39,150 nucleotides of DNA from an uncultured Rhizobiaceae bacterium (GCA_964477375.1 CAYZFH010000002.1:1-39150), one strand, 5' to 3'. Positions 27,220-36,677 are shown, numbered from the stretch's first letter. Translations and numbers: made by a program. Notes: generated by a model from the letters alone, not told the origin.

Positions 27220-27810
27220 TTACGTCACAGGCAGGCCGAGATGAGCGCGGAAGCGGTTCTTGAGGAACACGCCGTCGCGGTTGGGCAAAGCGCGGGCGGG
27301 ATTGCCCGGTGCGATGCGGATGGTGGCATAGCGCGGCCCGCCGCCGATGCTGCGGATCTCGGCGCGGTAGGCGTCGATCTCCTCCAGGCTCGTGATCTCG
27401 CGCGCGGCGGAGAAGCCCGCGGCTTCGGCCATGCGGTGGATGTCGACGCCTAGGCCGCTGTGGCTCAACTGCATGCCCGTCTCGCCGTAATGGCCGTTGT
27501 CGAGCACGACGACGCTCAGGTTCTTGGGCTGCTTGGTGGCGATGGTGGCGAGACCGCCCAGGCCCATGAGCTGCTCGCCGTCGCCGGTCAGGACCAGCAC
27601 AGGGCGCTTGGGCTGCGCCAGCGCCAGGCCGAGACCCATCATGGCCGCGCCGCCCATGGCACCCCACAGATAGAAGCTGCCGTCATGGTCGCCGGCCGCG
27701 AAGGCGTCGTAGCCGGGCGAGCCCAGGCCCGTGACGATCAGAAGCTCGCCGGGCTGGTCCAGCAGGCGCTTCACCGCCGCGCGGCGGTCCAGGGTTCCGA
27801 ACTTGGCCAT
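27220..27810 (-). CDS. Split TPP-dependent decarboxylase, beta subunit (ComE / sulfopyruvate- or phosphonopyruvate-decarboxylase-like)
   Basis: The ATG at 27810 (MAKFGTLDRR) lies within ORF 27220-28152. It carries the TPP motif GDGEQLMGLGGLATIATKQPKNLSVVVLDNGHYGETG. Confidence 0.75.
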   Translation of the reverse strand: MAKFGTLDRRAAVKRLLDQPGELLIVTGLGSPGYDAFAAGDHDGSFYLWGAMGGAAMMGLGLALAQPKRPVLVLTGDGEQLMGLGGLATIATKQPKNLSVVVLDNGHYGETGMQLSHSGLGVDIHRMAEAAGFSAAREITSLEEIDAYRAEIRSIGGGPRYATIRIAPGNPARALPNRDGVFLKNRFRAHLGLPVT

Positions 27811-27812
27811 GG

Positions 27813-28352
27813 TCACTTCTCCACCCATTTCTTCCGGCCCAGCAGGCGCTGGGACAGGATCACCGCGATCTGCTGATCGGCCTCGTAGGCCAGCGCCGCC
27901 GCGGCGGAAACCGTCTCCTCGACATCCTCGGCCTTCTCGACGCGCATGCAGCGCACGCCCATCAGCGTGAGCGACGCCTCGGTGGCCGCGCCCATGGGCA
28001 CCTGCCACGGATTGAACTCGGCCCATTCGCCGCGCATCGTGATGATGGTGAGGAACGGGAAGCGGCAGGTCGCCACCAGCGACAGCATGTTGATCGTGTT
28101 GCCGACGCCGCTCGATTGCATCAGCAGCACCGTGCGCTGGCCGCCCAGCCACGCGCCGGCGGCGATCGGGATGCCTTCCTCCTCGGTCGTCAGCACGGTG
28201 GTTTCCACGTCGGGATCGGCGATCAGACGGTTGATCAGCCGCGTGTGGCCCGCATCGGGCACATAGCAGGCTTGGCGCACATCGGCGTCCTTCAGGACGC
28301 GGTAGATGGCGTCGGGCCAGTTCTCCGTCGGGGTGTCGACCGTTGCGTCCAT
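27813..28352 (-). CDS. Split TPP-dependent decarboxylase, alpha subunit (ComD-like)
   Basis: The ATG at 28352 (MDATVDTPTENWPDAIY) follows GGAGAC. It has a pyrimidine-binding-domain pattern, TEEEGIPIAAGAWLGGQRTVLLMQSSGVGN. Its stop lies 2 nt before the beta subunit start. Confidence 0.75.
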   Translation of the reverse strand: MDATVDTPTENWPDAIYRVLKDADVRQACYVPDAGHTRLINRLIADPDVETTVLTTEEEGIPIAAGAWLGGQRTVLLMQSSGVGNTINMLSLVATCRFPFLTIITMRGEWAEFNPWQVPMGAATEASLTLMGVRCMRVEKAEDVEETVSAAAALAYEADQQIAVILSQRLLGRKKWVEK

Positions 28353-28437
28353 GGTGTCTCCTACAGGCGCGTTTCGCCGTGGGGTGTTTCTAGCGCGGCG
28401 GCAGCCTTCGCAACCTTGCCGTGTTGCGCGACCAGCC

Positions 28438-28452
28438 ATAGCGATTTGCTAT
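28438..28452. promoter_or_regulatory. Dyad ATAGC-N5-GCTAT (also fits T-N11-A)
   Basis: ATAGCGATTTGCTAT lies in the ComD-like / acyl-CoA dehydrogenase divergent intergenic region. Confidence 0.35.
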
Positions 28453-28511
28453 AGGCAGCCCCGCCCATGCCGGGGTATCGAAGGCCATCGTCCCCGCACC
28501 CGGAGTCTGCC

Positions 28512-29675
28512 GTGTCCGCCACCGCCTCATCCGACCACGTGGAAATCCGCGAATCGGTCCGCCGCCTCTGCGAGCAGTTCCCGGGCGAGTATTGGCGGAA
28601 GATGGACCGCGAAAGCGAATATCCGGCGGCGTTCGTGGCGGCCCTGACCGAGGCTGGGTTCCTCTCGGCCCTGATCCCAGAGGAATACGGCGGCTCGGGC
28701 CTGTCGCTGTCGGCCGCGGCAGCGATCCTAGAAGAAGTGCAGCACGCGGGCTGCAACGGCGGCGCCTGCCACGCGCAGATGTACATCATGGGCGCCTTGC
28801 TGCGGCACGGCAGCGAGGCGCAGAAGCGCCAGTATTTGCCCGAGATCGCCTCCGGCAAGCTGCGGCTCCAGGCCTTCGGCGTGACGGAGCCCGGCAGCGG
28901 CACGGACACCACCTCACTCAAGACCTTCGCCCGGCGCGAGGGCGACCGCTACATCGTGCGCGGTCAGAAGATCTGGACCTCGCGTGCCGCGCACTCGGAC
29001 CTGATGCTGCTTCTGGCGCGCACCATGCCCAAGGAACAGGTCGAAAAGCGCACCGATGGGCTCTCGATCTTCCTTGTCGACATGCGCGAGGCGCTCAAAA
29101 ATGGTCTCACCATCCGTCCGATTCGGACGATGATGAATCATTCGACCACCGAGGTGTTCTTTGACGACGTGCCGATTCCCTCCGACAGTCTGGTGGGCGA
29201 GGAGGGCAAGGGGTTCCGCTACATCCTCTCCGGCATGAACGCTGAGCGCATCCTGATCGCGGCGGAATGCGTGGGCGACGCCAAATGGTTCATCGACAAA
29301 TCGGCCGCTTACGCCAAGGAGCGCGTCGTCTTTGGCCGCCCGATCGGCCAGAACCAGGGCGTGCAGTTCCCGATCGCTCGCGCCTACGCCCAGATGCGCG
29401 CGGCGGAACTGATGGTGCGGGAGGCCGCGCGCCTGTTCGAAGCGGGCGAGAACTGCGGCGCCGAAGCCAACATGGCCAAGATGCTGGCGGCGGAAGCCAG
29501 TTGGGCCGCGGCCGAAGCCTGCGTGCAGACCCATGGCGGTTTCGGCTTCGCCGAGGAATACGACGTCGAGCGCAAGTTCCGCGAGACGCGGCTCTATCAG
29601 GTCGCGCCGATCTCGACCAACCTGATCCTCTCGTTCCTGGCCGAGCACGTGCTCGGCATGCCGCGCTCTTACTGA
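28512..29675 (+). CDS. Acyl-CoA dehydrogenase family protein
   Basis: ORF 28467-29675. I prefer the GTG at 28512, 7 nt after GGAG. Three-domain ACAD pattern: GCNGGACHAQMY, GQKIWTSRA and a C-terminal region QTHGGFGFAEEYDVERKFRETRL. Confidence 0.8.
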   Translation: MSATASSDHVEIRESVRRLCEQFPGEYWRKMDRESEYPAAFVAALTEAGFLSALIPEEYGGSGLSLSAAAAILEEVQHAGCNGGACHAQMYIMGALLRHGSEAQKRQYLPEIASGKLRLQAFGVTEPGSGTDTTSLKTFARREGDRYIVRGQKIWTSRAAHSDLMLLLARTMPKEQVEKRTDGLSIFLVDMREALKNGLTIRPIRTMMNHSTTEVFFDDVPIPSDSLVGEEGKGFRYILSGMNAERILIAAECVGDAKWFIDKSAAYAKERVVFGRPIGQNQGVQFPIARAYAQMRAAELMVREAARLFEAGENCGAEANMAKMLAAEASWAAAEACVQTHGGFGFAEEYDVERKFRETRLYQVAPISTNLILSFLAEHVLGMPRSY

Positions 29676-29682
29676 GGTTTAT

Positions 29683-31461
29683 TCAGCGCGCCACGGCATA
29701 AGCGTGACCGGTGCGCGGATTGGCGGCGGCGCGGATGAGGCCGTCTTCCTGCGAGCAGGCCTGCAGCCGCCCGATGGCCCAGCCGTCCTGCACCTCGACC
29801 TTGTGCCCGCGTTTCCGCAGCTCCGCGATGGTCTCCTCGCCGAAGCGGTCCTCGACCGCCAGGTGACCCGGCTTCGCTTCGCGCGGGTGGAACGAGCTTG
29901 GCGGATGGTCGGTCACGAAGGCCGGCGCCTCGATGGCCTGCTGCAGGTTCATGCCGTGATGGACATGGTGCAGGAAGAACTGCAGCGCCCACTGGTCCTG
30001 CCCGTCGCCGCCGGGTGAGCCGAAGGCCATGAACGGCTTGCCGTCTCGGAAGGCGAGGCCCGGCGTCAGCGTCGTGCGGGGGCGTTTACCCGGTGCCAGG
30101 CTCGACGGCAGCCCTTCCTCCAGCCAGAACATCTGGGCGCGGGTGCCGAGGCAGAAGCCCAACTCCGGGATGACCGGCGAGCTTTGCAGCCAGCCGCCGC
30201 TCGGCATCGCGGACACGAAATTGCCGTGCCGGTCGATCACGTTGACGTTGACGGTATCGCCGCTCTCCGCGCCCATGTGGACGCGATTGGGCTCGCCTTC
30301 GCCCGCCGTCCTGCGGCGCGTTGGGTCGGGCGTTCGGAACAGCGCCTCGGGCAAGCGGCCCGGCTTGCCGCCGATCGAACCCGGCCGCAGCTCTAAGGAA
30401 GCGGTCTTGCCGATCAGCTTCCGGCGCGAATCGTTGTAGTCCTTGCTCAACAGCGCGGCCAACGGCACGTCTGCGAAGTCCGGATCGCCGTAATAGGCGT
30501 CGCGGTCCACCATCGTCAGCTTCAGGCATTCGGCCAGGAGGTGGACGAAGTCGGCACCGTTGGGCTCGAGCGAGGCGATGTCGAAGCCTTCCAGCAGCGC
30601 GAGGGTTTGCAGGAACGCAGGCCCCTGGCCCCATGCGCCCGTCTTGGCGACCGTGATGCCGTGATAGGTGTATTCCGCCGGTGCTTCGTAAGTCGCTTTG
30701 TATTTGGCGAGATCGCTCGCGGCGAGAAGGCCGCGCTGCCGCCCGCCGGTGCCGTCGGGCCGTTCGCTTTCGCAGAACCTGCCGATCGCCTCGGCGACGA
30801 AGCCGCGATAGTAGGCGTTACGGGCGGCTTCGATCTCCGCCTCGCGTCCGCCCTTCGCGGACTCCGCTTCCTTCAATATCCGTTCGTAGGTATCCGCCAG
30901 CTTCTCATTGCGCTGGATCGAACCCGGCGCGGGCGCCGCGCGGCCGACCAGATAGACGGCGGCGGAAGCCGGCCAATGGGTCGCGAGCACCTCAGCGACA
31001 CCGCCGATGTATTTCGAAAGCTGCTTGGTGACGGGATAGCCGTTGCGCGCGTAGCCGATGGCCGGCTCCAGCACGTCGCGGAGGCGCATGGTGCCGTGAT
31101 CGCGCAGAAGCTGCATCCAAGCGTCGAACGCACCCGGTATCACGGCGGCCATCAAGCCCGTGCCGGGCACGGCGTCGAGCCCGGCGGCATGATAGGCCGC
31201 GATGGTGGCGCGCGCGGGCGCCGGGCCTTGGCCACACAGGACGAAGCGGCGTTTCTGACGCGCATCGTAGCCCACTAGAGGCACGTCGCCGCCGAGGCCG
31301 TTCTGATGGGGCTCCACCACCTGCAGGACGAACCCGGATGCGACCACGGCGTCGAAGGCGTTGCCCCCGCGTTCCAGCATCCCCATGCCGACTGTGGAGG
31401 GTAGCCAATGGGTCGACGAGACGGCGCCGAAGCTGCCCTGGAGTTCTGGCCTCGTGGTCAT
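29683..31461 (-). CDS. Gamma-glutamyltransferase family protein, apparently lacking a signal peptide
   Basis: 592 aa. The N-terminus GAVSSTHWLPSTVGMGMLERGGNAFDAVVA and the putative autoprocessing/nucleophile Thr context GDTVNVNVIDRHGN match the family. There is no hydrophobic leader. Confidence 0.8.
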   Translation of the reverse strand: MTTRPELQGSFGAVSSTHWLPSTVGMGMLERGGNAFDAVVASGFVLQVVEPHQNGLGGDVPLVGYDARQKRRFVLCGQGPAPARATIAAYHAAGLDAVPGTGLMAAVIPGAFDAWMQLLRDHGTMRLRDVLEPAIGYARNGYPVTKQLSKYIGGVAEVLATHWPASAAVYLVGRAAPAPGSIQRNEKLADTYERILKEAESAKGGREAEIEAARNAYYRGFVAEAIGRFCESERPDGTGGRQRGLLAASDLAKYKATYEAPAEYTYHGITVAKTGAWGQGPAFLQTLALLEGFDIASLEPNGADFVHLLAECLKLTMVDRDAYYGDPDFADVPLAALLSKDYNDSRRKLIGKTASLELRPGSIGGKPGRLPEALFRTPDPTRRRTAGEGEPNRVHMGAESGDTVNVNVIDRHGNFVSAMPSGGWLQSSPVIPELGFCLGTRAQMFWLEEGLPSSLAPGKRPRTTLTPGLAFRDGKPFMAFGSPGGDGQDQWALQFFLHHVHHGMNLQQAIEAPAFVTDHPPSSFHPREAKPGHLAVEDRFGEETIAELRKRGHKVEVQDGWAIGRLQACSQEDGLIRAAANPRTGHAYAVAR

Positions 31462-31478
31462 GGCGCCCCCGACGATTT

Positions 31479-32114
31479 CTAAGAGTTCTTTGCCTTGCCT
31501 TCGCGTAGCGTCCAGTCGATCAGTCGCTTCAGCACCTTGCCCGTGGCTTCGTTATAGGCATCGACGATGGCGTCGATATTGGTGCCGGTGGCGGGAATGC
31601 GCGCCTCGAACGTATCGTCCGCGACGATGACGCGCTCGGGCATCTTGACCAGCTTGGCGTTCATGCGGACCAGGACCTGCGGGTTCGTCCCTTCGCCATA
31701 GATGGCGACGAATTCGCGCAGTTCGGTCTTGAGGGTGTAGTCCGCGCGCAACCCGCTGCCGTCGCGGCCGACCGCCTGGATTTTGTTGGTGCGTTCGAAG
31801 GATTCGATGATGAGGGTCTGGATCATGCGCGGCGCGCGATCCGCCCAGGCCACGTCCTTATAATATTCCACCGCCAACGGCTGCGGCCGCAGCGCGATGC
31901 GCGTGGTGTTGATGTGAGTGGCCGAAACGGGCTCGGCCACCACGAGTTGCCACTTCGCGTCGGGCACGTTCTTATCGAACGTGCTTTTGGGCGACAGCTC
32001 ATACAGCTTCGGCCCCGGACCACCCCCGGGCAGCTCCGCGTTGATGCAGCCCGCGAGGCTTAGGGACGCCAGCAGGGCCAACAGCGTGAACGGACGGTTC
32101 CAGTACCGGATCAT
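31479..32114 (-). CDS. ABC-type transport auxiliary lipoprotein (DUF330 / PqiC-YmbA-like)
   Basis: 211 aa with lipobox LSLAGC. Its start overlaps the MCE gene stop (ATGA). Confidence 0.7.
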   Translation of the reverse strand: MIRYWNRPFTLLALLASLSLAGCINAELPGGGPGPKLYELSPKSTFDKNVPDAKWQLVVAEPVSATHINTTRIALRPQPLAVEYYKDVAWADRAPRMIQTLIIESFERTNKIQAVGRDGSGLRADYTLKTELREFVAIYGEGTNPQVLVRMNAKLVKMPERVIVADDTFEARIPATGTNIDAIVDAYNEATGKVLKRLIDWTLREGKAKNS

Positions 32115-33067
32115 TTCGCTTTGTATCCCGATTCGTTGGCATCGCCGAATAGGAAGCGCGAGGGATCGGCCTCGAGCCGTTCGGACACGCGGTTCAAGGT
32201 CGAAACCAGCGTACGCATATCCTGCACGAGCTGCGTGAGGTCGTAGAGACCCACGGCCGAGAAGTCGCGGATGGGCCCACGGTTTTCCGCGATCATCTCG
32301 TCGATTTGGGTGGCCATCGCCTTGCCCGCGGCGGCGGCGGCCTTTACTTCCTCGATCGTCGGCGGAATTTCCTTCGCGGTCTTGCGGATATCCGGGCTGA
32401 TTTCGGCCAGCTCCTTGCGCAGATCCTCGGTCAGCGCCTTGGCCGAACGCGCCGCATCGCTCAGCTCGTGCATCGTCTTCGTGCCTTCGGTCGCCAGCTT
32501 GCCGATGTCCTCCGACTTGTCGGCGAGGGCGCCCGTCAGCTTGACGACGTTTTGAAGCGTGTCGGTGACGGCCTTCTGATTTTCGTCGCTCAGGAACTTT
32601 TCGACGCGCGCCATGACGGCCGGAATGCTGTCCAGAATCTGTTCGATCCGGGAGGACTTCGAGGGAATTTCCGGCATGTCTTGGCCGGCCTGCGCCATCA
32701 AAGGCGGCGATTCCTGTTTACCCGGATGGATCTGGATATAGGCGATGCCGGTGATGCCTTGCATGCCGAGGGACGCCTCGGCGTCCTGCTTGATCGGGGT
32801 GGCCTTGGCCACCTGGATGATAACCTCGATGCGCTGGACGTTCTGCGGATCGATGCGGATGGTCTTGACCGTACCGACAGGAACGCCCTGCAGGCGGACA
32901 TTGCTGCCCTCGTTCAGGCCTGTAACGGAGCCCGCGAAATAGATGCGGTAGTAGGCGTATTGCTGCTCGAGCTGGAATTTTCCCAGCCAGATGACAAAGC
33001 CGACCAGCCCGGCCACCAGGACCAGGACGAAACCGCCGACCAACATGTTCCGGGCATGGGGTTCCAT
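32111..33067 (-). CDS. MCE/MlaD-family protein
   Basis: 318 aa. It has an N-terminal TM helix, then an MCE-domain pattern (YRIYFAGSVTGLNEGSNVRLQGVPVGTV) and a helical C-terminus. Confidence 0.8.
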   Translation of the reverse strand: MEPHARNMLVGGFVLVLVAGLVGFVIWLGKFQLEQQYAYYRIYFAGSVTGLNEGSNVRLQGVPVGTVKTIRIDPQNVQRIEVIIQVAKATPIKQDAEASLGMQGITGIAYIQIHPGKQESPPLMAQAGQDMPEIPSKSSRIEQILDSIPAVMARVEKFLSDENQKAVTDTLQNVVKLTGALADKSEDIGKLATEGTKTMHELSDAARSAKALTEDLRKELAEISPDIRKTAKEIPPTIEEVKAAAAAGKAMATQIDEMIAENRGPIRDFSAVGLYDLTQLVQDMRTLVSTLNRVSERLEADPSRFLFGDANESGYKAK

Positions 33068-33076
33068 GGAGCGCGA

Positions 33077-33880
33077 TCAGGCCTTTTTCTTTTCGTTCTT
33101 TTCCGCCGACTGCTGAGCCGCCCGGCCGCGAGGTCCGTGGAAATAGGCTTTGATCCACGGGTGTTCGTTAGCCATGTGTTCCTCGAGCGTGCCGACGACG
33201 ACCTTCTTGTCCACCAGAACCGCAATACGGTCGCAGACGGACACAAGACTGTCCAGATCGTGCGTGACCAGAAACACTGAAAGTCCCAATGCCTGCTGAA
33301 GGTTCCTCATCAGGGAGTCGAATTCGGCGGCGCTGATTGGGTCCAGACCGGCGGTGGGCTCGTCCAGGAACAAAAGCTCCGGTTCCAGCGCAAGCGCCCG
33401 GGCCAGAGCCGCCCGCTTGCGCATGCCGCCCGATAGTTCGGACGGGTACTTGTCGACCGTGTCCGGTGGCAGGCCGACGATTCCGTTCTTCACCGCCGTG
33501 ATCTCATCCCGCAGCTCGGGGTCCAGCGGCATGAACTCATTCATGGGCACCTGGATGTTCTGGCCCACGGTCAGAGAGCTGAACAGCGCGCCATCCTGAA
33601 ACAGGACGCCGAAATGCATGCGCAGGTCGCGCCAGCCTTCCTCGTCCAGCTTGTCGACGTCCTTGCCCAGGATCTCGATGGTTCCAGCGGCGTGGCGATT
33701 GAGGCCGATGATTGTGCGCAACAGCACCGATTTGCCGGCGCCGGACGCGCCGACGACGCCCAGGACCTCGCCGCGCTTCATCTCAAGGTCCAGCCCTTCG
33801 TGCAGAACCTTGCCGCCGATTTCGGTCTTAAGGCCCGATACGCGGATCGCGGGCCCGGATTTGGAATCGGCTTCGGCCAT
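33077..33880 (-). CDS. ABC transporter ATP-binding protein, MlaF-like
   Basis: The ATG at 33880 (MAEADSKSGPAIRVSGL) lies within ORF 33077-34072. Walker A GASGAGKS, signature LSGGMRKRAALARAL, Walker B LLFLDEPTAGLD. Confidence 0.85.
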   Translation of the reverse strand: MAEADSKSGPAIRVSGLKTEIGGKVLHEGLDLEMKRGEVLGVVGASGAGKSVLLRTIIGLNRHAAGTIEILGKDVDKLDEEGWRDLRMHFGVLFQDGALFSSLTVGQNIQVPMNEFMPLDPELRDEITAVKNGIVGLPPDTVDKYPSELSGGMRKRAALARALALEPELLFLDEPTAGLDPISAAEFDSLMRNLQQALGLSVFLVTHDLDSLVSVCDRIAVLVDKKVVVGTLEEHMANEHPWIKAYFHGPRGRAAQQSAEKNEKKKA

Positions 33881-35064
33881 CAGACCCCGAGCCGCGAATA
33901 GACGATGGAGAAGATGGCGTCGAACACGATTACCAGGAAAATCGATTCGACCACCGACTGGGTCGTGCGGCGGCCGACGGCGTCGGCGCTGCCCTTGACC
34001 TTGAGGCCGTACCGGCAGCCGACCATCGCGATCAGAAAGCCGAACACCGGCGCTTTCGCCAATCCAACCCAAAAATGCCGGATCGGCACGTTTTCCTGAA
34101 GCTGCTGCAGGAACTGCTGGGGCGGCATGTCCAAGATCGTCATGGTCGCCACCGCGGCGCCGAACAAGCCGACGATGTCCGCATAGAAGCCCAGCAACGG
34201 CATCGTGACTGTCAGCGCGATAATTCGCGGCAATACCAGGACGTCCAACGGATCGAGGCCCAGCGTTCGGATGGCATCGACCTCCTCGCGAATTTTCATG
34301 GTGCCGATCTGCGCCGTGAAGGCGCTGCCCGAGCGGCCCGCGACCAGGATGGCTGTGATCAGGATGCCGATCTCGCGCAGGATCGAAAGGCCCGCCAGGT
34401 TGACCGTGAAGACTTCGGCGCCGAAGGCGCGCAGCTGATCGATACCCTGATACGCCAGCACCACGCCGATCAAGAATGACAGAAGCCCGACGATGGGCAG
34501 TGCGTTAAAGCCGACACGCTCGATCTGGTTCACCGTCGCCGTCCAGCGGATGCGCTTCGGTTGGACGACGGAGCGGGCGATGCCGACGATGATCATGCCG
34601 AAGAAGCCAAGAAGATCCTGTGCCTCCGACCACGCGCGCATGGTGTTGGAGCCCAATTCGTCCAACGCATGCGCGATCGGATTTGGATGCCGCCGCTTCG
34701 CGCCCTTGCCTGGCTCCTTTCCGAGTTCTTTCTCGAGCCGTTCGATCAGGGCCTTGTGAGCGTCTTTGCCGCCGGTGATCTCGACGGAGCGGCCGCCGTC
34801 GCGGAGCTTCTTCCACAGCCGGTAGATGGCCCAGGCGCCGGAGGAATCGAGCGCCGTGACCTCGCTCAAATCGAGTTTGGCGTCGCCCTCGGTGGGAATT
34901 GCGTAGTCGCGGAGCGATTGGTCGAGTTTGGCAACCGTGGCGATATCCCAGCGGCCGGCGAATTTCAGGACGACGCCGTTATCCGTCCGCTCGGGTTTGA
35001 GCGATCCGGCCGCTTCCGGCTGGTCCTCGCCGCCCGCCCGCTTTTCGGAGGTCTTCTCAGCCAC
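33880..35064 (-). CDS. MlaE-family ABC permease with an N-terminal STAS-like domain
   Basis: 394 aa with a GTG start. Roughly the first 110 residues (VVLKFAGRWDIATVAKLDQSL...LDLSEVTALDSSGAWAI) look STAS/MlaB-like. The remainder is an MlaE-type permease (VGLLSFLIGVVLAYQG...). Confidence 0.75.
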   Translation of the reverse strand: MAEKTSEKRAGGEDQPEAAGSLKPERTDNGVVLKFAGRWDIATVAKLDQSLRDYAIPTEGDAKLDLSEVTALDSSGAWAIYRLWKKLRDGGRSVEITGGKDAHKALIERLEKELGKEPGKGAKRRHPNPIAHALDELGSNTMRAWSEAQDLLGFFGMIIVGIARSVVQPKRIRWTATVNQIERVGFNALPIVGLLSFLIGVVLAYQGIDQLRAFGAEVFTVNLAGLSILREIGILITAILVAGRSGSAFTAQIGTMKIREEVDAIRTLGLDPLDVLVLPRIIALTVTMPLLGFYADIVGLFGAAVATMTILDMPPQQFLQQLQENVPIRHFWVGLAKAPVFGFLIAMVGCRYGLKVKGSADAVGRRTTQSVVESIFLVIVFDAIFSIVYSRLGV

Positions 35065-36028
35065 GGCCTTTGCGCCTGGCGACGGCTTCGGCCATCGGGC
35101 AGAGGATCTCGAACATCATGGTCGCGCCCACGAGCGCGGTGTTGCCGGACATATCGAACGGCGGCGACACCTCCACCACGTCGGCGCCGACGATGTCGAG
35201 GCCCCGCAGGCCCCGGAGCATGTGCTGGGCCTCGAAGGTGGTGAAGCCGCCGATCTCGGGCGTACCCGTACCCGGCGCATAGACCGGGTCCAACCCGTCA
35301 ACGTCGAAGCTGATATAGACAGGCCCGTCGCCAATCACGCGGCGCGCCTCCGCGATCACGGCGTCGACGCCGATCTTGTAGAACTCCTCGATATAAATGA
35401 CTCGCATGCCGTTCTGCTCGGCGAAGTCCATATCGCGCTCGCCGTACAGCGAGCCGCGGATGCCGATCTGGACGGTGCGCTTGGGATCCAGCAGCCCTTC
35501 CTCGACCGCCCGGCGGAACGGCGTGCCGTGGGTGTATTTATGACCGCCGAAGTATCTGTCCCACGTGTCGGAGTGGGCGTCGAAATGGACCATGCCGACG
35601 GGCTTGTCCTGGCAGATCGCGCGCATGATGGGCAGGGTGATCAAATGGTCTCCGCCCGCCGATAGGGGTGTGGCGCCGGCAGCGTGGATGCGCTTGTAGA
35701 AGGTCTCGACCCGCTCCAGCGTGTCCACGAGATCGATCGGATTGACCCCGACATCGCCCAGGTCGGCCACCTTGCACAGATCGTAGGGTTTGGTGCGCGT
35801 CACGTGGTGAACCAATCGCATCAGCGTCGATTGGTTCCTAATCTCGCGGGGCCCATGGCGTGCGCCGGCCCGGTTTGTGGTGCCGCCATCCCAAGGCACG
35901 CCGACGATTGCGATGTCGACCAGGGAGGGGTCGTCGATCAGCGGCAGCCGCATGAATGTAGCCGGACCTGCGAAGCGCGGCAGGACATCGCCTCGAATGG
36001 GGCGGAAACGGTGTTGTTCTTCGGCCAT
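35057..36028 (-). CDS. Agmatinase-family ureohydrolase (agmatinase / guanidino-acid hydrolase)
   Basis: 323 aa with Mn-ligand motifs HFDAHSDTW, GGDHLIT and SFDVDGLDP. Substrate is not assignable from sequence. Confidence 0.85.
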   Translation of the reverse strand: MAEEQHRFRPIRGDVLPRFAGPATFMRLPLIDDPSLVDIAIVGVPWDGGTTNRAGARHGPREIRNQSTLMRLVHHVTRTKPYDLCKVADLGDVGVNPIDLVDTLERVETFYKRIHAAGATPLSAGGDHLITLPIMRAICQDKPVGMVHFDAHSDTWDRYFGGHKYTHGTPFRRAVEEGLLDPKRTVQIGIRGSLYGERDMDFAEQNGMRVIYIEEFYKIGVDAVIAEARRVIGDGPVYISFDVDGLDPVYAPGTGTPEIGGFTTFEAQHMLRGLRGLDIVGADVVEVSPPFDMSGNTALVGATMMFEILCPMAEAVARRKGRG

Positions 36029-36082
36029 CGGCGCAGTCCCCAGGGGTGGGTGGTTACAGGGATTATAGGCGATCCTGGGACG

Positions 36083-36664
36083 TCAGCGGCTAGGTTTCCG
36101 GCGGTTTCCAGGACCAAGCGGGCGCTGCATCAGCACGCTGTCGACCCAGCGCCCGAGCTTGAAGCCGATGCCCTGCATGACGGCCGATTTGCGGAAGCCC
36201 TGCGAGGCATGGACGCGGATCGAGCCGCGATTGCCGGAGTCGCCGATGACCGCGATCATCTGACGATAGCCCAGCTTCGTCGCCCGCACGATCAGGGTCC
36301 TGAGAAGCCGCGCGCCCACGCCTTGGCCGACCGCTTCGGGTGCGACGTAGATCGAATCCTCGACCGTGTAGCGATAGGCCGTGCGCATCCGGTAAGGCGC
36401 CGCATAGCTGAAACCCAGCACGCGCCCGTCGCGATCGACGGCGGTGAGGTAGGGCAGGCCGCGCGACAGCACGTCCGCGCGTCGCCGAACCATCTCTGCC
36501 AGGTCGGGCGGGATTTCCTCGAACGAGCCGAAGCCATGCGTCACATGGTGCGCATAGATGGCATGGATCGCGGGCATGTCAGCGTCGGTCGCGTCGCGAA
36601 TGAGCAACGGACCACGCTTCACGGGCGGCGCCTTGGGGGCGCCGCGTGGCGTCTTGCGGTTCAC
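36083..36664 (-). CDS. GNAT N-acetyltransferase, phosphinothricin/methionine-sulfoximine acetyltransferase-like (PAT family)
   Basis: 193 aa with a GTG start. Pattern: IRDATDADMPAIHAIYAHHV...SFEE...YVAPEAVGQGVGARLL...GF...GFKLGRWVD. Confidence 0.75.
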   Translation of the reverse strand: MNRKTPRGAPKAPPVKRGPLLIRDATDADMPAIHAIYAHHVTHGFGSFEEIPPDLAEMVRRRADVLSRGLPYLTAVDRDGRVLGFSYAAPYRMRTAYRYTVEDSIYVAPEAVGQGVGARLLRTLIVRATKLGYRQMIAVIGDSGNRGSIRVHASQGFRKSAVMQGIGFKLGRWVDSVLMQRPLGPGNRRKPSR

Positions 36665-36677
36665 CGGAGGCCTCTTG

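Noticed and set aside
27811-28152. N-terminal extension of ORF 27220-28152 overlapping the ComD-like gene
   Set aside because: It is out of frame relative to the well-supported alpha-subunit gene and low-complexity (His/Arg/Gly). The internal ATG at 27810, 2 nt after the alpha stop, gives a normal ComE-size subunit.
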